From Candidatus Methanoperedens sp. (GTDB lineage: Archaea; Halobacteriota; Methanosarcinia; Methanosarcinales; Methanoperedenaceae): a stretch of DNA of 32,000 nt. The notes under the pieces were generated by a model. The model was not told the DNA's origin. It worked only from the letters and a program-made list of their open reading frames with translations, and ran no database searches. The DNA is taken from assembly GCA_027460535.1 (NCBI GenBank), contig JAPZAR010000011.1:238732-270731 (forward strand), given 5' to 3'. Of this stretch, positions 1-7,529 are shown one piece after another; position 1 is the stretch's first letter; every line of letters begins with the position of its first letter. Made by a program: the position numbers and the translations under genes.

Positions 1-1564
1 CGGGGAGAACTCGTCCGCTGATCTCAAGCCGTCTTACATGTTTCAACTTATTTATTCTTTCGTTCAAGAATGAGATCCGTTTATTGTTCTCAGAAACTTT
101 CCCGCGCAGGCTTGCGATTTCCTTATCGCGGATCCTGATCGCCTTTTCCTTTTTAAGCTCTTTATATACCTGATTTCGCTGCCGTCCGATCAATTCTTCC
201 AATCCCTGGATCTCGTTTTTCCTTGACCCAAGTTCGTTTTTCAGCTCATCCTGGTACCTTTTCATTTCCTCGATATTTTCTTCATATCTTCGGAGCAATT
301 CCCTTAAATGGAGTTCTCCCTCCCCGGGTTTTTCTTTGACCACCCCGGCTTGCGCAACTTTTGTCTCTTTTCTTGTAAGTTCTGAGATCACAGCATCAAC
401 GGACTTGCCCCTGACCACGAGGGCGATCGCTTCATCTGCATCAATTCCCGGTGGGAGCTTTTTCTTGATCTGTTCAAACTTGTTCTTATTCTTGCGATAC
501 ACGGATACTGCAGCAGCTATGGCGTCACGTTCATGGGGATTTGAATATTCATACTGTCTGGCAAATTCTATCTTATCCTCTGTCGTGATAATATCATCAG
601 GCGAACCCGGTACCGCATTAAATGCGCGGCGGATTTTTTCCACAGCGTTCGGAGTGGGAAACACGTCGCTTGCAATAATGAGCGGTCTCCCCTCCTCAGC
701 GATCATCTCTATAACCTCAGGTATCGAGATGGTCCTTGAACTGTGTCGCCTTCTCAACTCCCCCTCAAGTGTGAGCACAGCAATTGCGGTTGTGGTGCCT
801 GGATCTATTCCTACAATAATATAATCCCTTTTCCTTGTGGTTAGAGGTTTAAACGCCAGAGTATCACGTTCAATACTCTTTGCGCTCACCTGCACATCCC
901 CGTACTTGCCCGAACTGATATGAAGGGAGCGCCGCGGCGCATCCACAAAAAATTCGGCTTTTGAATATCCCCCGAAACGTTCGACCACATCTTGCGAGTA
1001 CGTGAATCCCCGAAGCTTTGATTGTTCATTCAGATAATCCTCAATTTCCCTGGCTTTCTGCCTCACATATCCGTGCACCTTTCGCCTGTATCTATTCTGG
1101 CTCCACCCCCCCTTTCCAAGCGATCTTCCCCTGCTCACTTTGATCGTTGTCTTATCCTCAAATGCGGAAACTTCATGCCCGATTCCCAGTTCTGCAAGCC
1201 GGGCGCAGGCAAGAGCTTCAGCATTCGGGTCAAACCTGTCAAATGAGAATCCCTGCTGCTTTGCAAGCTTTGTCAGCGGTTCGAGATGCTCACCTCCGGT
1301 CACCTGTACGAGTCTGGTACTTGCCGGTAATTTCCGCAGAAGTGAAACGAGCTCATTCCTGTCCGAAGCAAGTTCATGAACATTGTCGACCGCGATCAAA
1401 TCAGGTTTTTCTTTCCAGGCCATTCTCAGGAATTTATGCAGGCTTACCATGCGGTGGTGTTCGACCTCACCATCCTTCAGGACCACGAGCGCATATCCGG
1501 GCTTTTCTTTCGACCTGAGAGAACCTTTTGCTATGTCTATCCCGAAGATTATTTTTTCGGCCAT
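1..1564 (-). CDS. DUF460/COG2433-family protein (predicted RNase H-fold nuclease-like N-terminal part, coiled-coil C-terminal part). Its 3' end runs off the left edge of the window.
   Basis: Absent from the supplied ORF track because it is open-ended. My manual translation of the minus strand from the ATG at 1564-1562 gives MAEKIIFGIDIAKGSLRSKEKPGYALVVLKDGE...DYIIVGIDPGTTTAIAVLTLEG...RPLIIASDVFP...NPHERDAIAAA. A K/E-rich heptad-like tail follows (EENIEEMKRYQDELKNELGSRKNEIQGLEELIGRQ). The frame (plus-strand triplets starting at 2, 5, 8...) stays open to position 2. The plus-strand ORFs at 336-1974 look like low-complexity antisense shadows. Confidence 0.8.
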   Translation of the reverse strand, partial: MAEKIIFGIDIAKGSLRSKEKPGYALVVLKDGEVEHHRMVSLHKFLRMAWKEKPDLIAVDNVHELASDRNELVSLLRKLPASTRLVQVTGGEHLEPLTKLAKQQGFSFDRFDPNAEALACARLAELGIGHEVSAFEDKTTIKVSRGRSLGKGGWSQNRYRRKVHGYVRQKAREIEDYLNEQSKLRGFTYSQDVVERFGGYSKAEFFVDAPRRSLHISSGKYGDVQVSAKSIERDTLAFKPLTTRKRDYIIVGIDPGTTTAIAVLTLEGELRRRHSSRTISIPEVIEMIAEEGRPLIIASDVFPTPNAVEKIRRAFNAVPGSPDDIITTEDKIEFARQYEYSNPHERDAIAAAVSVYRKNKNKFEQIKKKLPPGIDADEAIALVVRGKSVDAVISELTRKETKVAQAGVVKEKPGEGELHLRELLRRYEENIEEMKRYQDELKNELGSRKNEIQGLEELIGRQRNQVYKELKKEKAIRIRDKEIASLRGKVSENNKRISFLNERINKLKHVRRLEISGRVLP

Positions 1565-2433
1565 ATCTCTATTATACTGTTTATCACTCCCTGAATATCT
1601 CTTTTTACCCTGTATTTCTTCGCAAAAAAGGTCAGGACATTGTCGATATCCCGGTAAAGCATCTCCTTTGCATTCGGATGCGAAAGGGTAATGTATTGCG
1701 GCCAGTCGATAATCTCACATCCGTATGGGTTAACGAAAACATTAAACTCGCTCAGGTCCCCGTGGACGATCCCCAGCCGGGCGGTTTTTTTTACTGCGGT
1801 CAATATCTCATCCAGATACCACTCAGGTTCATCCACTTTTGTGTGCGCAAGTATCCGCCCTTCTGCAATGGACATTACTATAGCGTGCCTGTTATTATCT
1901 ATCGGTTCGGGAACACTCACTTCGGGATAGAGGATCTTCAGTGCATCGTATTCTCTTTTTGCAGCAAGGCGTGAGGCATACAGCCATGAAAGATGTTTTT
2001 TTCCGGATAAATGCCCCCTTTTTACTTTGACCTGTTTAAAACTCATCATGCCTTCCCTGTGGAACTTGATGACGACCTCCCTGTTGGTAATACCGCTTGT
2101 AGCGCTATAAACGCGCGATTCCTTCCCTACTCCCGCCACATCTCCAATCGCATTGACAGACCCCCGGCTTACCAGGGCTTTCAGGGCCAGCAGATCATAA
2201 GCTTCAAAGTATATCCTGTATCCTTCATAGCCAGGTATGTTCTTATGGACAAGCTTTTTTTCTGCAAGATTGGATAGGATGAACCCGACTTCTTTTACAT
2301 CGAATGTTGTAAACTTGACTATCTCATCCAGCGGAACCCACTCATAGAATTTCATTTTGTTCTCTATGGCAATGAGAACCCGAAATTCTTTGTTCGAAGT
2401 GCTGAGAAATGTCTCAGGAATATTTTCCAGCAT
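1549..2433 (-). CDS. rio2: RIO-type serine/threonine protein kinase Rio2 (N-terminal winged helix plus RIO kinase domain)
   Basis: 294-aa ORF. The N-terminal wHTH-like region (FRVLIAIENKMKFYEWVPLDEIVKFT) is followed by the RIO core (VGKESRVYSA, VIKFHR, IVHGDLSEFNVFV, IIDWPQ). The TAA stop at 1549-1551 lies inside the first 16 nt of the downstream DUF460 gene. Confidence 0.9.
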   Translation of the reverse strand: MLENIPETFLSTSNKEFRVLIAIENKMKFYEWVPLDEIVKFTTFDVKEVGFILSNLAEKKLVHKNIPGYEGYRIYFEAYDLLALKALVSRGSVNAIGDVAGVGKESRVYSATSGITNREVVIKFHREGMMSFKQVKVKRGHLSGKKHLSWLYASRLAAKREYDALKILYPEVSVPEPIDNNRHAIVMSIAEGRILAHTKVDEPEWYLDEILTAVKKTARLGIVHGDLSEFNVFVNPYGCEIIDWPQYITLSHPNAKEMLYRDIDNVLTFFAKKYRVKRDIQGVINSIIEIWPKK

Positions 2434-2457
2434 TAATTACTAGAAGCGATTCTGACT

Positions 2458-2465
2458 ATAAAAAG
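2458..2465 (-). promoter_or_regulatory. Candidate archaeal TATA box for rio2 (TTTTTATA on the minus strand)
   Basis: A/T octamer centred about 28 nt upstream of the rio2 ATG at 2433. This spacing fits a leaderless or very short-leader transcript. It is sequence pattern only. Confidence 0.3.
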
Positions 2466-2472
2466 TAATTAT

Positions 2473-2484
2473 AAAAAAGAAAAG
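2473..2484 (-). terminator. Candidate oligo-T archaeal terminator after the OB-fold gene
   Basis: The minus strand reads CTTTTCTTTTTT, starting about 9 nt downstream of the TGA at 2493-2495. Archaeal RNA polymerase terminates at T-runs. There is no experimental support. Confidence 0.3.
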
Positions 2485-2492
2485 GAAGGCAT

Positions 2493-3041
2493 TCACCTTC
2501 TTCCGCGCCCGCCTTTTTTATCCCCTCCGCGGGAATCTCTGCGGCCGCCTCCTCCTCCGCCATATCCGCTGCGCCTGAACCCGCCAAAGTCACTTCCGCC
2601 ACTGCCGTACATGCTTCCGTAACCGCCGCCGCCTCCACCCCCGAAGCTGCTGCGTTTTCGCTCGGGCTGTTCAACATGCCTGTCCGAAACATTATTCTCA
2701 GTGTTGACTTCGGTAAGCGCTTCTTCAGATAACAGCATCTTTCCATATTTTCCGATATTCAATCGCATCGAGTTCCTGACGACAGAAATATAACCATTTT
2801 GAATCGATATAGTATCCCCGACCGCTATTTTTCCGATCTGGTCATCCCATAAGGAGAGGATTATACTTCCTGTTGCGTCGGCGACTTTAACTTCGCATAC
2901 GCGTTTATCTCCAAACTTTGATTGGATGTCCTTAGTCTCTCCGATTTCGATTACTTTAAGGGTAGCATTAACATTTTTTGAATTTTCTGTCAGGTCTTTT
3001 ACATTAAAATTTGTTGCCGTGTTGGTAGCAGTCGTTTCCAT
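2493..3041 (-). CDS. Single OB-fold ssDNA-binding protein of the Sulfolobus SSB / hSSB1 type, with a Gly/Arg-rich (RGG) C-terminal tail
   Basis: 182 aa. The OB core VKDLTENSKNVNATLKVIEIGETKDIQSKFGDKRVCEVKVADATGSIILSLWDDQIGKIAVGDTISIQNGYISVVRNSMRLNIGKYGK follows the pattern I recall for S. solfataricus SSB (L..NV...V.E...Q.K.G.R..E..V.D.TG...L.LW....I..G..V.I.N.....G...LN.G). The tail is FGGGGGGGYGSMYGSGGSDFGGFRRSGYGGGGGGRRDSRGGDKKGGRGRR. Confidence 0.75.
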   Translation of the reverse strand: METTATNTATNFNVKDLTENSKNVNATLKVIEIGETKDIQSKFGDKRVCEVKVADATGSIILSLWDDQIGKIAVGDTISIQNGYISVVRNSMRLNIGKYGKMLLSEEALTEVNTENNVSDRHVEQPERKRSSFGGGGGGGYGSMYGSGGSDFGGFRRSGYGGGGGGRRDSRGGDKKGGRGRR

Positions 3042-3411
3042 TTTATTACCTTTGTTTGATTTTAACTTCCCTCATGCTATTTCCCAGATGGAATTTCATT
3101 CACCTGTTCTTGAGTCAGAAGAAGTGAACACATTAATGTTAGTGTATTTAATATAGTTTCCGCATAAGAATCTGGAATTAAAGGCTATGGTGGAGTTTTT
3201 TTAATAGTCTATATATTTTTTGATATTTCCATAAAATTAATATACTTTAAAAACCTTTTGACTAATGGTCGAAAAATCTAGATGGAAGAAAAAGAGTTTA
3301 AGGATTTAGGGAAAGATATATGGGTGCGGTTGCTTCAAGAGACGGCGCGTTCTTCGCACATGGAAGGAAGCAAACCCCAACTACATAAAAATTGATCAAC
3401 GGGCCGAGTGT

Positions 3412-4152
3412 TCAGTACTCAAACTCCATGCCGTCGTACCCCAGAGGCCATTCTTTTATTGATTCGTCATGGGGCGGGAAATTGTGGCTCAAATGTGTAA
3501 GAACAACTTTCTTTGCTTTCAAGAAAGATGAAAGTTCCATAGCATCCTTGGAATTCATGTGCTTGGGTATATTTCCTCTGGGAGGGATTATGGCATCTGC
3601 GATGAGGAGATCGGGCTCGAACATCAACTTGAGGCTTTTTTCAGGAATGAATCTGGAAGTATCGCCGGTAATTACAATCTTACTTTTTCCATCGCTAATG
3701 ACCACACCGGCAGATTCCTTAATGGGAGGATGCGTGACCTCCAGCAATGTTATTTTAAGCTTGATTAAATCAAACGGTGCAAAAAAATCCACATCATGCC
3801 TGACCGGTTTCATGAAATAGAGATAACTCAGTATAGAATCAATCGTGCTTTTCAGCCCATAGACATTGACATTGTTCTGAACACGGTAGAAATCCCCAAA
3901 GCCTGCGAAATGATCGTAATGCGGATGAGTCCAGATCACCCCGTCAATATGGCTGATATTGCATTTCAGCAATTGCCATCGCAGGTCAGGACTGGTATCA
4001 ATAAGGACTCTTCCGTCTTCGTTTTCGACCAGAATTGAGAACCGCAGTCTTCTGCTTTTGCCTCCAGCATGCGCATCCATGCATGTAGGGCATGAACATC
4101 CGATCTTAGGTGTACCGACCGCATCGCCCGTTCCAAGCAGAGTTATCTTCAT
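3412..4152 (-). CDS. MBL-fold metallo-hydrolase, PhnP-like phosphodiesterase subfamily
   Basis: 246 aa. It has an HPHYDHFAG (HxHxDH) motif and an N-terminal LLGTGDAVGTPKIGCSCPTC Cys cluster like PhnP. Its start overlaps the stop of the upstream AAA gene (ATGA at 4149-4152). Confidence 0.85.
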   Translation of the reverse strand: MKITLLGTGDAVGTPKIGCSCPTCMDAHAGGKSRRLRFSILVENEDGRVLIDTSPDLRWQLLKCNISHIDGVIWTHPHYDHFAGFGDFYRVQNNVNVYGLKSTIDSILSYLYFMKPVRHDVDFFAPFDLIKLKITLLEVTHPPIKESAGVVISDGKSKIVITGDTSRFIPEKSLKLMFEPDLLIADAIIPPRGNIPKHMNSKDAMELSSFLKAKKVVLTHLSHNFPPHDESIKEWPLGYDGMEFEY

Positions 4153-5432
4153 CCCGTTTCATCCATTTTCCGAATCAGGATCCTCTTGTTAAATTCGTTG
4201 ACCCCCCGCAATAAATCCTGCTGCGTAAGAACAGTTCTTTCTGTTATGAGGCCGTTCAGAACAGCTTCCCTGACTATCAGGCGCAAATCCGAGCCGGAAT
4301 ATCCTTCGGTCTTTTCCGCGATCTCCGCGGTATCAAAGCTTCCTTCGATTTGGCGCAGTACTATATCGAGTATCCTTTTCCTCATATCCTTGTCAGGTAA
4401 CGAGAAATCCACTATCTCGTCAAACCGCCTCCAGGCCGCATGGTCAAGTATCGTAGGATGATTTGTTGCGCCTATGAGTAGAACGCCATGCTCGACCAGA
4501 CTTATCTCATCTATGGCTTTTAATAGCGTATTCACAGCCCTTTTCAGTGCCGCGTGTTCATCCGTAGCCCTCGCCTTAGCGACAAAATCGAATTCATCTA
4601 TGAAAAGTATGCAGGGGCTCAGGCGTTTTGATAGTTCAAAAACCCGGTCTATGTTCTTGGCAGTCTCACCGAGGTATTGGTCGGTCACCTGGGAAAGTTT
4701 CACCTCAACGATCGGGATCCCGAGTCTTCCGGAAAGAGCCCTGGCAGTTGAGGTTTTCCCTGTACCTGGCGGACCTACGAATAACAGTTTACCTATTTCG
4801 CGAAGACCGATGCGTTTCAGGTAGTCACGGTACTGGATAGCCTTTGACATTTTCTCGATTTCTTCTTCCTGTCCCTTTGTCAGGACAAGGTCTTTCAGGT
4901 TCTGTTTGATGTCTTCGGGGGCATCGATATGGACTAGTTTCAGTGTATCCTCTGCCCCCTTCTCAGATTCAATACCTTTGAGGAGGGAGTTAATCCATTC
5001 CCTTCCGCTCTCCTTCGGCATATTGGATGCCTTTGCCTTTTCGTAGCTGACAGGAAGCGAGTCATAATTCTCAAAAAAAGAAGCAAGAACCGGATTCCTG
5101 TTGATATTGTCAACACCTTCAGCGTGCTTCGCGAACCATTTTGCCGCAAGGTCGAAAACTGTTAATTTAATCTGGGAACCGAACTCTTCGAATTCGAGGA
5201 AAGGCAATGCTTTAGTGCTGCTCTTTACATTCTCAAGTCCGTATATGGTTTTTATGTCCCCTTCTGTGACATATATGGGACGCTTTACGGTTTTTTCATT
5301 CTCGTCCCAGTAGTGTTTCCTTATTTTCTGGGGAAGATCGTCAATGCCGAGCCTATCTGTCTCATTATAAAGATATGCGGTCAGTACCAGTTCCGTTATT
5401 AAGAGTTTATCATCGGTCATGTTAAACTTCAT
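4149..5432 (-). CDS. AAA-family ATPase with a roughly 200-aa N-terminal domain of unknown function
   Basis: 427 aa. Walker A is GPPGTGKT, Walker B is ILFIDEFD, and the second region of homology is GATNHPTILDHAAWRRFD. I recognise no motif in the N-terminal region. Confidence 0.9.
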   Translation of the reverse strand: MKFNMTDDKLLITELVLTAYLYNETDRLGIDDLPQKIRKHYWDENEKTVKRPIYVTEGDIKTIYGLENVKSSTKALPFLEFEEFGSQIKLTVFDLAAKWFAKHAEGVDNINRNPVLASFFENYDSLPVSYEKAKASNMPKESGREWINSLLKGIESEKGAEDTLKLVHIDAPEDIKQNLKDLVLTKGQEEEIEKMSKAIQYRDYLKRIGLREIGKLLFVGPPGTGKTSTARALSGRLGIPIVEVKLSQVTDQYLGETAKNIDRVFELSKRLSPCILFIDEFDFVAKARATDEHAALKRAVNTLLKAIDEISLVEHGVLLIGATNHPTILDHAAWRRFDEIVDFSLPDKDMRKRILDIVLRQIEGSFDTAEIAEKTEGYSGSDLRLIVREAVLNGLITERTVLTQQDLLRGVNEFNKRILIRKMDETG

Positions 5433-5476
5433 TATTAGGTAACTGAACGAGATATAGTTTACTCAAAAGAAATCGG

Positions 5477-6013
5477 TTATTTCATAAAATACCTGGCACT
5501 CTGGATTGCACTGCATCCCTCCCCCTCGAACGTGATGACTTTTCCTGATACGCCACGTTCATCTATAATTAATTCGACAGCACTCGGCTCTGATAATCTG
5601 GGGGCGGTGGGGCTTCCGGGGCAAACGAGGAGCACATCTGACTTTTCGATCACAGGTTTATGTATATGTCCGAATACCAGGATATCCACGCCCATTTCTT
5701 TTGCCATATAGCGCGCACCCGTGGTATCCTGGAGAGAAAGGGCAGCCTCATGGACGATTCCGATCCTTATGTTTTCGATATCTACGACTTTACGCCGTGG
5801 CAATATATTTTTTAATGCCATTTCATCCATATTCCCATACACGGCCTCAAGCCTTTTAATGCCTGAGAGTTCTTCATATACATCCCTCGAGACAAAATCT
5901 CCCGCGTGGATCAAGAGGTCAGCTTCTTTGAATAACTCAATAAGGGCTGGTGGTATCTGTCCCTTGATCGGTCCATCCTTTATATGCGTGTCAGCGATTG
6001 TTATGATTCTCAT
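5477..6013 (-). CDS. Metallophosphoesterase, YfcE/MJ0936-type phosphodiesterase family
   Basis: 178 aa with the calcineurin-like motifs MRIITIADTH, AGDFVS, GNMD and GHIH. Its start overlaps the stop of the upstream ORF by 4 nt (6010-6013). Confidence 0.9.
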   Translation of the reverse strand: MRIITIADTHIKDGPIKGQIPPALIELFKEADLLIHAGDFVSRDVYEELSGIKRLEAVYGNMDEMALKNILPRRKVVDIENIRIGIVHEAALSLQDTTGARYMAKEMGVDILVFGHIHKPVIEKSDVLLVCPGSPTAPRLSEPSAVELIIDERGVSGKVITFEGEGCSAIQSARYFMK

Positions 6014-6819
6014 GCGTAACCATAATCCGAGTAGTTCAATTCTTTTTTAATATCCGATAAAAATATCCTGTATACACCACTGGAAAAATCAATCCATTCC
6101 TTGAAATCGGAATTCAATTTCCTTCCAAGCATATCCTCTTTTTCTGTCATGCTGGCTTCACCCAAACATTTGAGATCTTCAAGGTTTCTTTCAACATACC
6201 AATAAAGTGCGGTCTCAGCATAGGGTTTTGGGACAAGGGGAGATACATGGGAGATTTTCAGCATGAGTTTTTTTTCTTTTGCAAGTTCATCGGGGGTTAT
6301 CCCGCTCCTTTCAATGGCTTTATCCAATGTATGGTCGCTGATTTTCCGCTTTTCCTCAGGCGTGAATTTACGAGCATCGTTCCTCATGTTCTCTTCGTAT
6401 ATCTCTTTCTGGAGCAGTTCATGTTCAAGCGTGTATCTTAACATGCTCTCACTGGCTTCTTCCAGGTACATTCTATTCAGGGTTATTATCGAGTACCATG
6501 AACCCAGGTAATACCGCCTGTTCAGCGCCACGGCGTAATCAAAAACACACGGCATCGGAACGAAGATGCTCTGTGAGAAGACCACCGCTTCGGTCGAGAG
6601 CAGCAGGATTTTCCCGGGGGCGAGTTTTTTCACGACATCAAGGCCATCGGTCCCGTATACGGATTCGGGTTTCTCCAGGTACTGCTCGCTCAGGCTGACA
6701 ATTTTCTTTATTTCATGGGGCTTTAACTGGCTTATTGCGAAAGCTACGTCCTTTGCAGCAGATTCTATCCACAGGGTATACTCTTCTTCAAACTCCTTCC
6801 TGGAAAGCTGTCTCTGCAT
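6010..6819 (-). CDS. Hypothetical protein (269 aa, soluble, helical-looking, K/E-rich)
   Basis: Long clean ORF that is translationally coupled to the phosphoesterase gene. I recognise no motif. It contains LEHELLQ, which is not a true HExxH. Confidence 0.7.
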   Translation of the reverse strand: MQRQLSRKEFEEEYTLWIESAAKDVAFAISQLKPHEIKKIVSLSEQYLEKPESVYGTDGLDVVKKLAPGKILLLSTEAVVFSQSIFVPMPCVFDYAVALNRRYYLGSWYSIITLNRMYLEEASESMLRYTLEHELLQKEIYEENMRNDARKFTPEEKRKISDHTLDKAIERSGITPDELAKEKKLMLKISHVSPLVPKPYAETALYWYVERNLEDLKCLGEASMTEKEDMLGRKLNSDFKEWIDFSSGVYRIFLSDIKKELNYSDYGYA

Positions 6820-6879
6820 GAGTGAATAATCGCAACCGCGGGATAAATAGTTAGTGGCCTGGATCCAGGTTACATTGGT

Positions 6880-7188
6880 TCAGTGGTAGAACCTTGTGCG
6901 GGATTCCCGTGTCAAATGCTCTTTTTCAAGCTTGGAGCGCGTCTCTTCGAAAACAGTTTTGATGTGGGCTTCATCGCACAGCGCCTCATCTTTACCACAT
7001 TCTCCGCCATTTTTACATTCCTGTGCCAGACGCAGGGCACGCGCTTCAAGCATTGGGAGTGTCTCCTTAATTGTATGTTCAAACCATGCGTCATCCTTGT
7101 TCAAGACCCCAACGAACATCGCGGGCAGAACGTCCCGTTCTATGGATTCAAGCCTCTTCCTTGCACTAATTGTTACCATTAAAAACAT
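6880..7188 (-). CDS. Hypothetical small protein (102 aa; alternative ATG at 7179)
   Basis: The minus-strand translation looks protein-like (charged, helical, motif CKNGGECGKDEALCDEAH). The two overlapping plus-strand ORFs are Ser/Cys/Phe-rich shadows. It shares orientation with the flanking genes. Confidence 0.5.
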   Translation of the reverse strand: MFLMVTISARKRLESIERDVLPAMFVGVLNKDDAWFEHTIKETLPMLEARALRLAQECKNGGECGKDEALCDEAHIKTVFEETRSKLEKEHLTRESRTRFYH

Positions 7189-7223
7189 AGTGAGTTATCA
7201 AGAATATAAAACTTGGGATTTCT

Positions 7224-7415
7224 TTAATCGGCAGTTCTTCTGAGAAAGAACTGATGTACAAGAAAAATAACTATCCAGAAAATAACCGCTCCTTCCAAAG
7301 CTCCTTTCCAGTCCAGGATTTTTTCTACAGAGACGAGATATTTCAAGGCAATAAAAATGATAAAAAAAACAACTGAAGCCGCCGATGCCGTAAAAAAAGG
7401 ACTTTTTTTTTCCAT
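7224..7415 (-). CDS. Small membrane protein, two predicted TM helices (63 aa)
   Basis: It has two hydrophobic stretches: SAASVVFFIIFIALKYLV and GAVIFWIVIFLVHQFF. The competing 90-aa ORF in another frame is Cys/Phe-rich and less plausible. Confidence 0.45.
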   Translation of the reverse strand: MEKKSPFFTASAASVVFFIIFIALKYLVSVEKILDWKGALEGAVIFWIVIFLVHQFFLRRTAD

Positions 7416-7529
7416 GAAATAAACACATGGCTTTATTATAGCAAATATCTTTCCCTGAATTCAAACACAATCCCTATCCAAACTATAGAAAGATTAATAC
7501 ATTCATAATAATACTACCTGAACTATTAT

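Noticed and set aside
336-1974. Eight overlapping plus-strand ORFs (72-162 aa) covering the left end of the window
   Set aside because: Their translations are low-complexity (Ser/Phe/Cys/Pro/Arg-rich) and mutually overlapping. The minus strand encodes coherent DUF460 and Rio2 proteins across the same span, so these are antisense shadow ORFs.
2456-2746. 96-aa minus-strand ORF rich in Ala/Glu (AAASGVEAAAVTEA...)
   Set aside because: It is an out-of-frame reading of the GGN/CGN-rich tail of the OB-fold gene. It has no independent start context, and the in-frame OB-fold protein is far more plausible.
3321-3380. GC-rich imperfect hairpin (GGGT..TTGCTTC / GAAGCAA ACCC) in the 370-nt spacer, considered as a small RNA gene
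   Set aside because: It lies just downstream of the MBL gene stop on the minus strand, next to a T5 run. It is more simply a 3' UTR or terminator-region structure. I recognised no C/D-box or other RNA-family signature.
6400-6440. LEHELLQ in the 269-aa hypothetical protein as a possible zinc-metalloprotease HExxH motif
   Set aside because: The second His is Gln (HELLQ), so the motif is not satisfied. I saw no downstream third ligand motif, so I make no protease call.
6883-7243. Plus-strand ORFs of 99 and 115 aa opposite the 102-aa minus-strand ORF
   Set aside because: They are Ser/Cys/Phe-rich with no motif and run against the orientation of every neighbouring gene. The minus-strand product is more protein-like, although that call is itself only moderate confidence.
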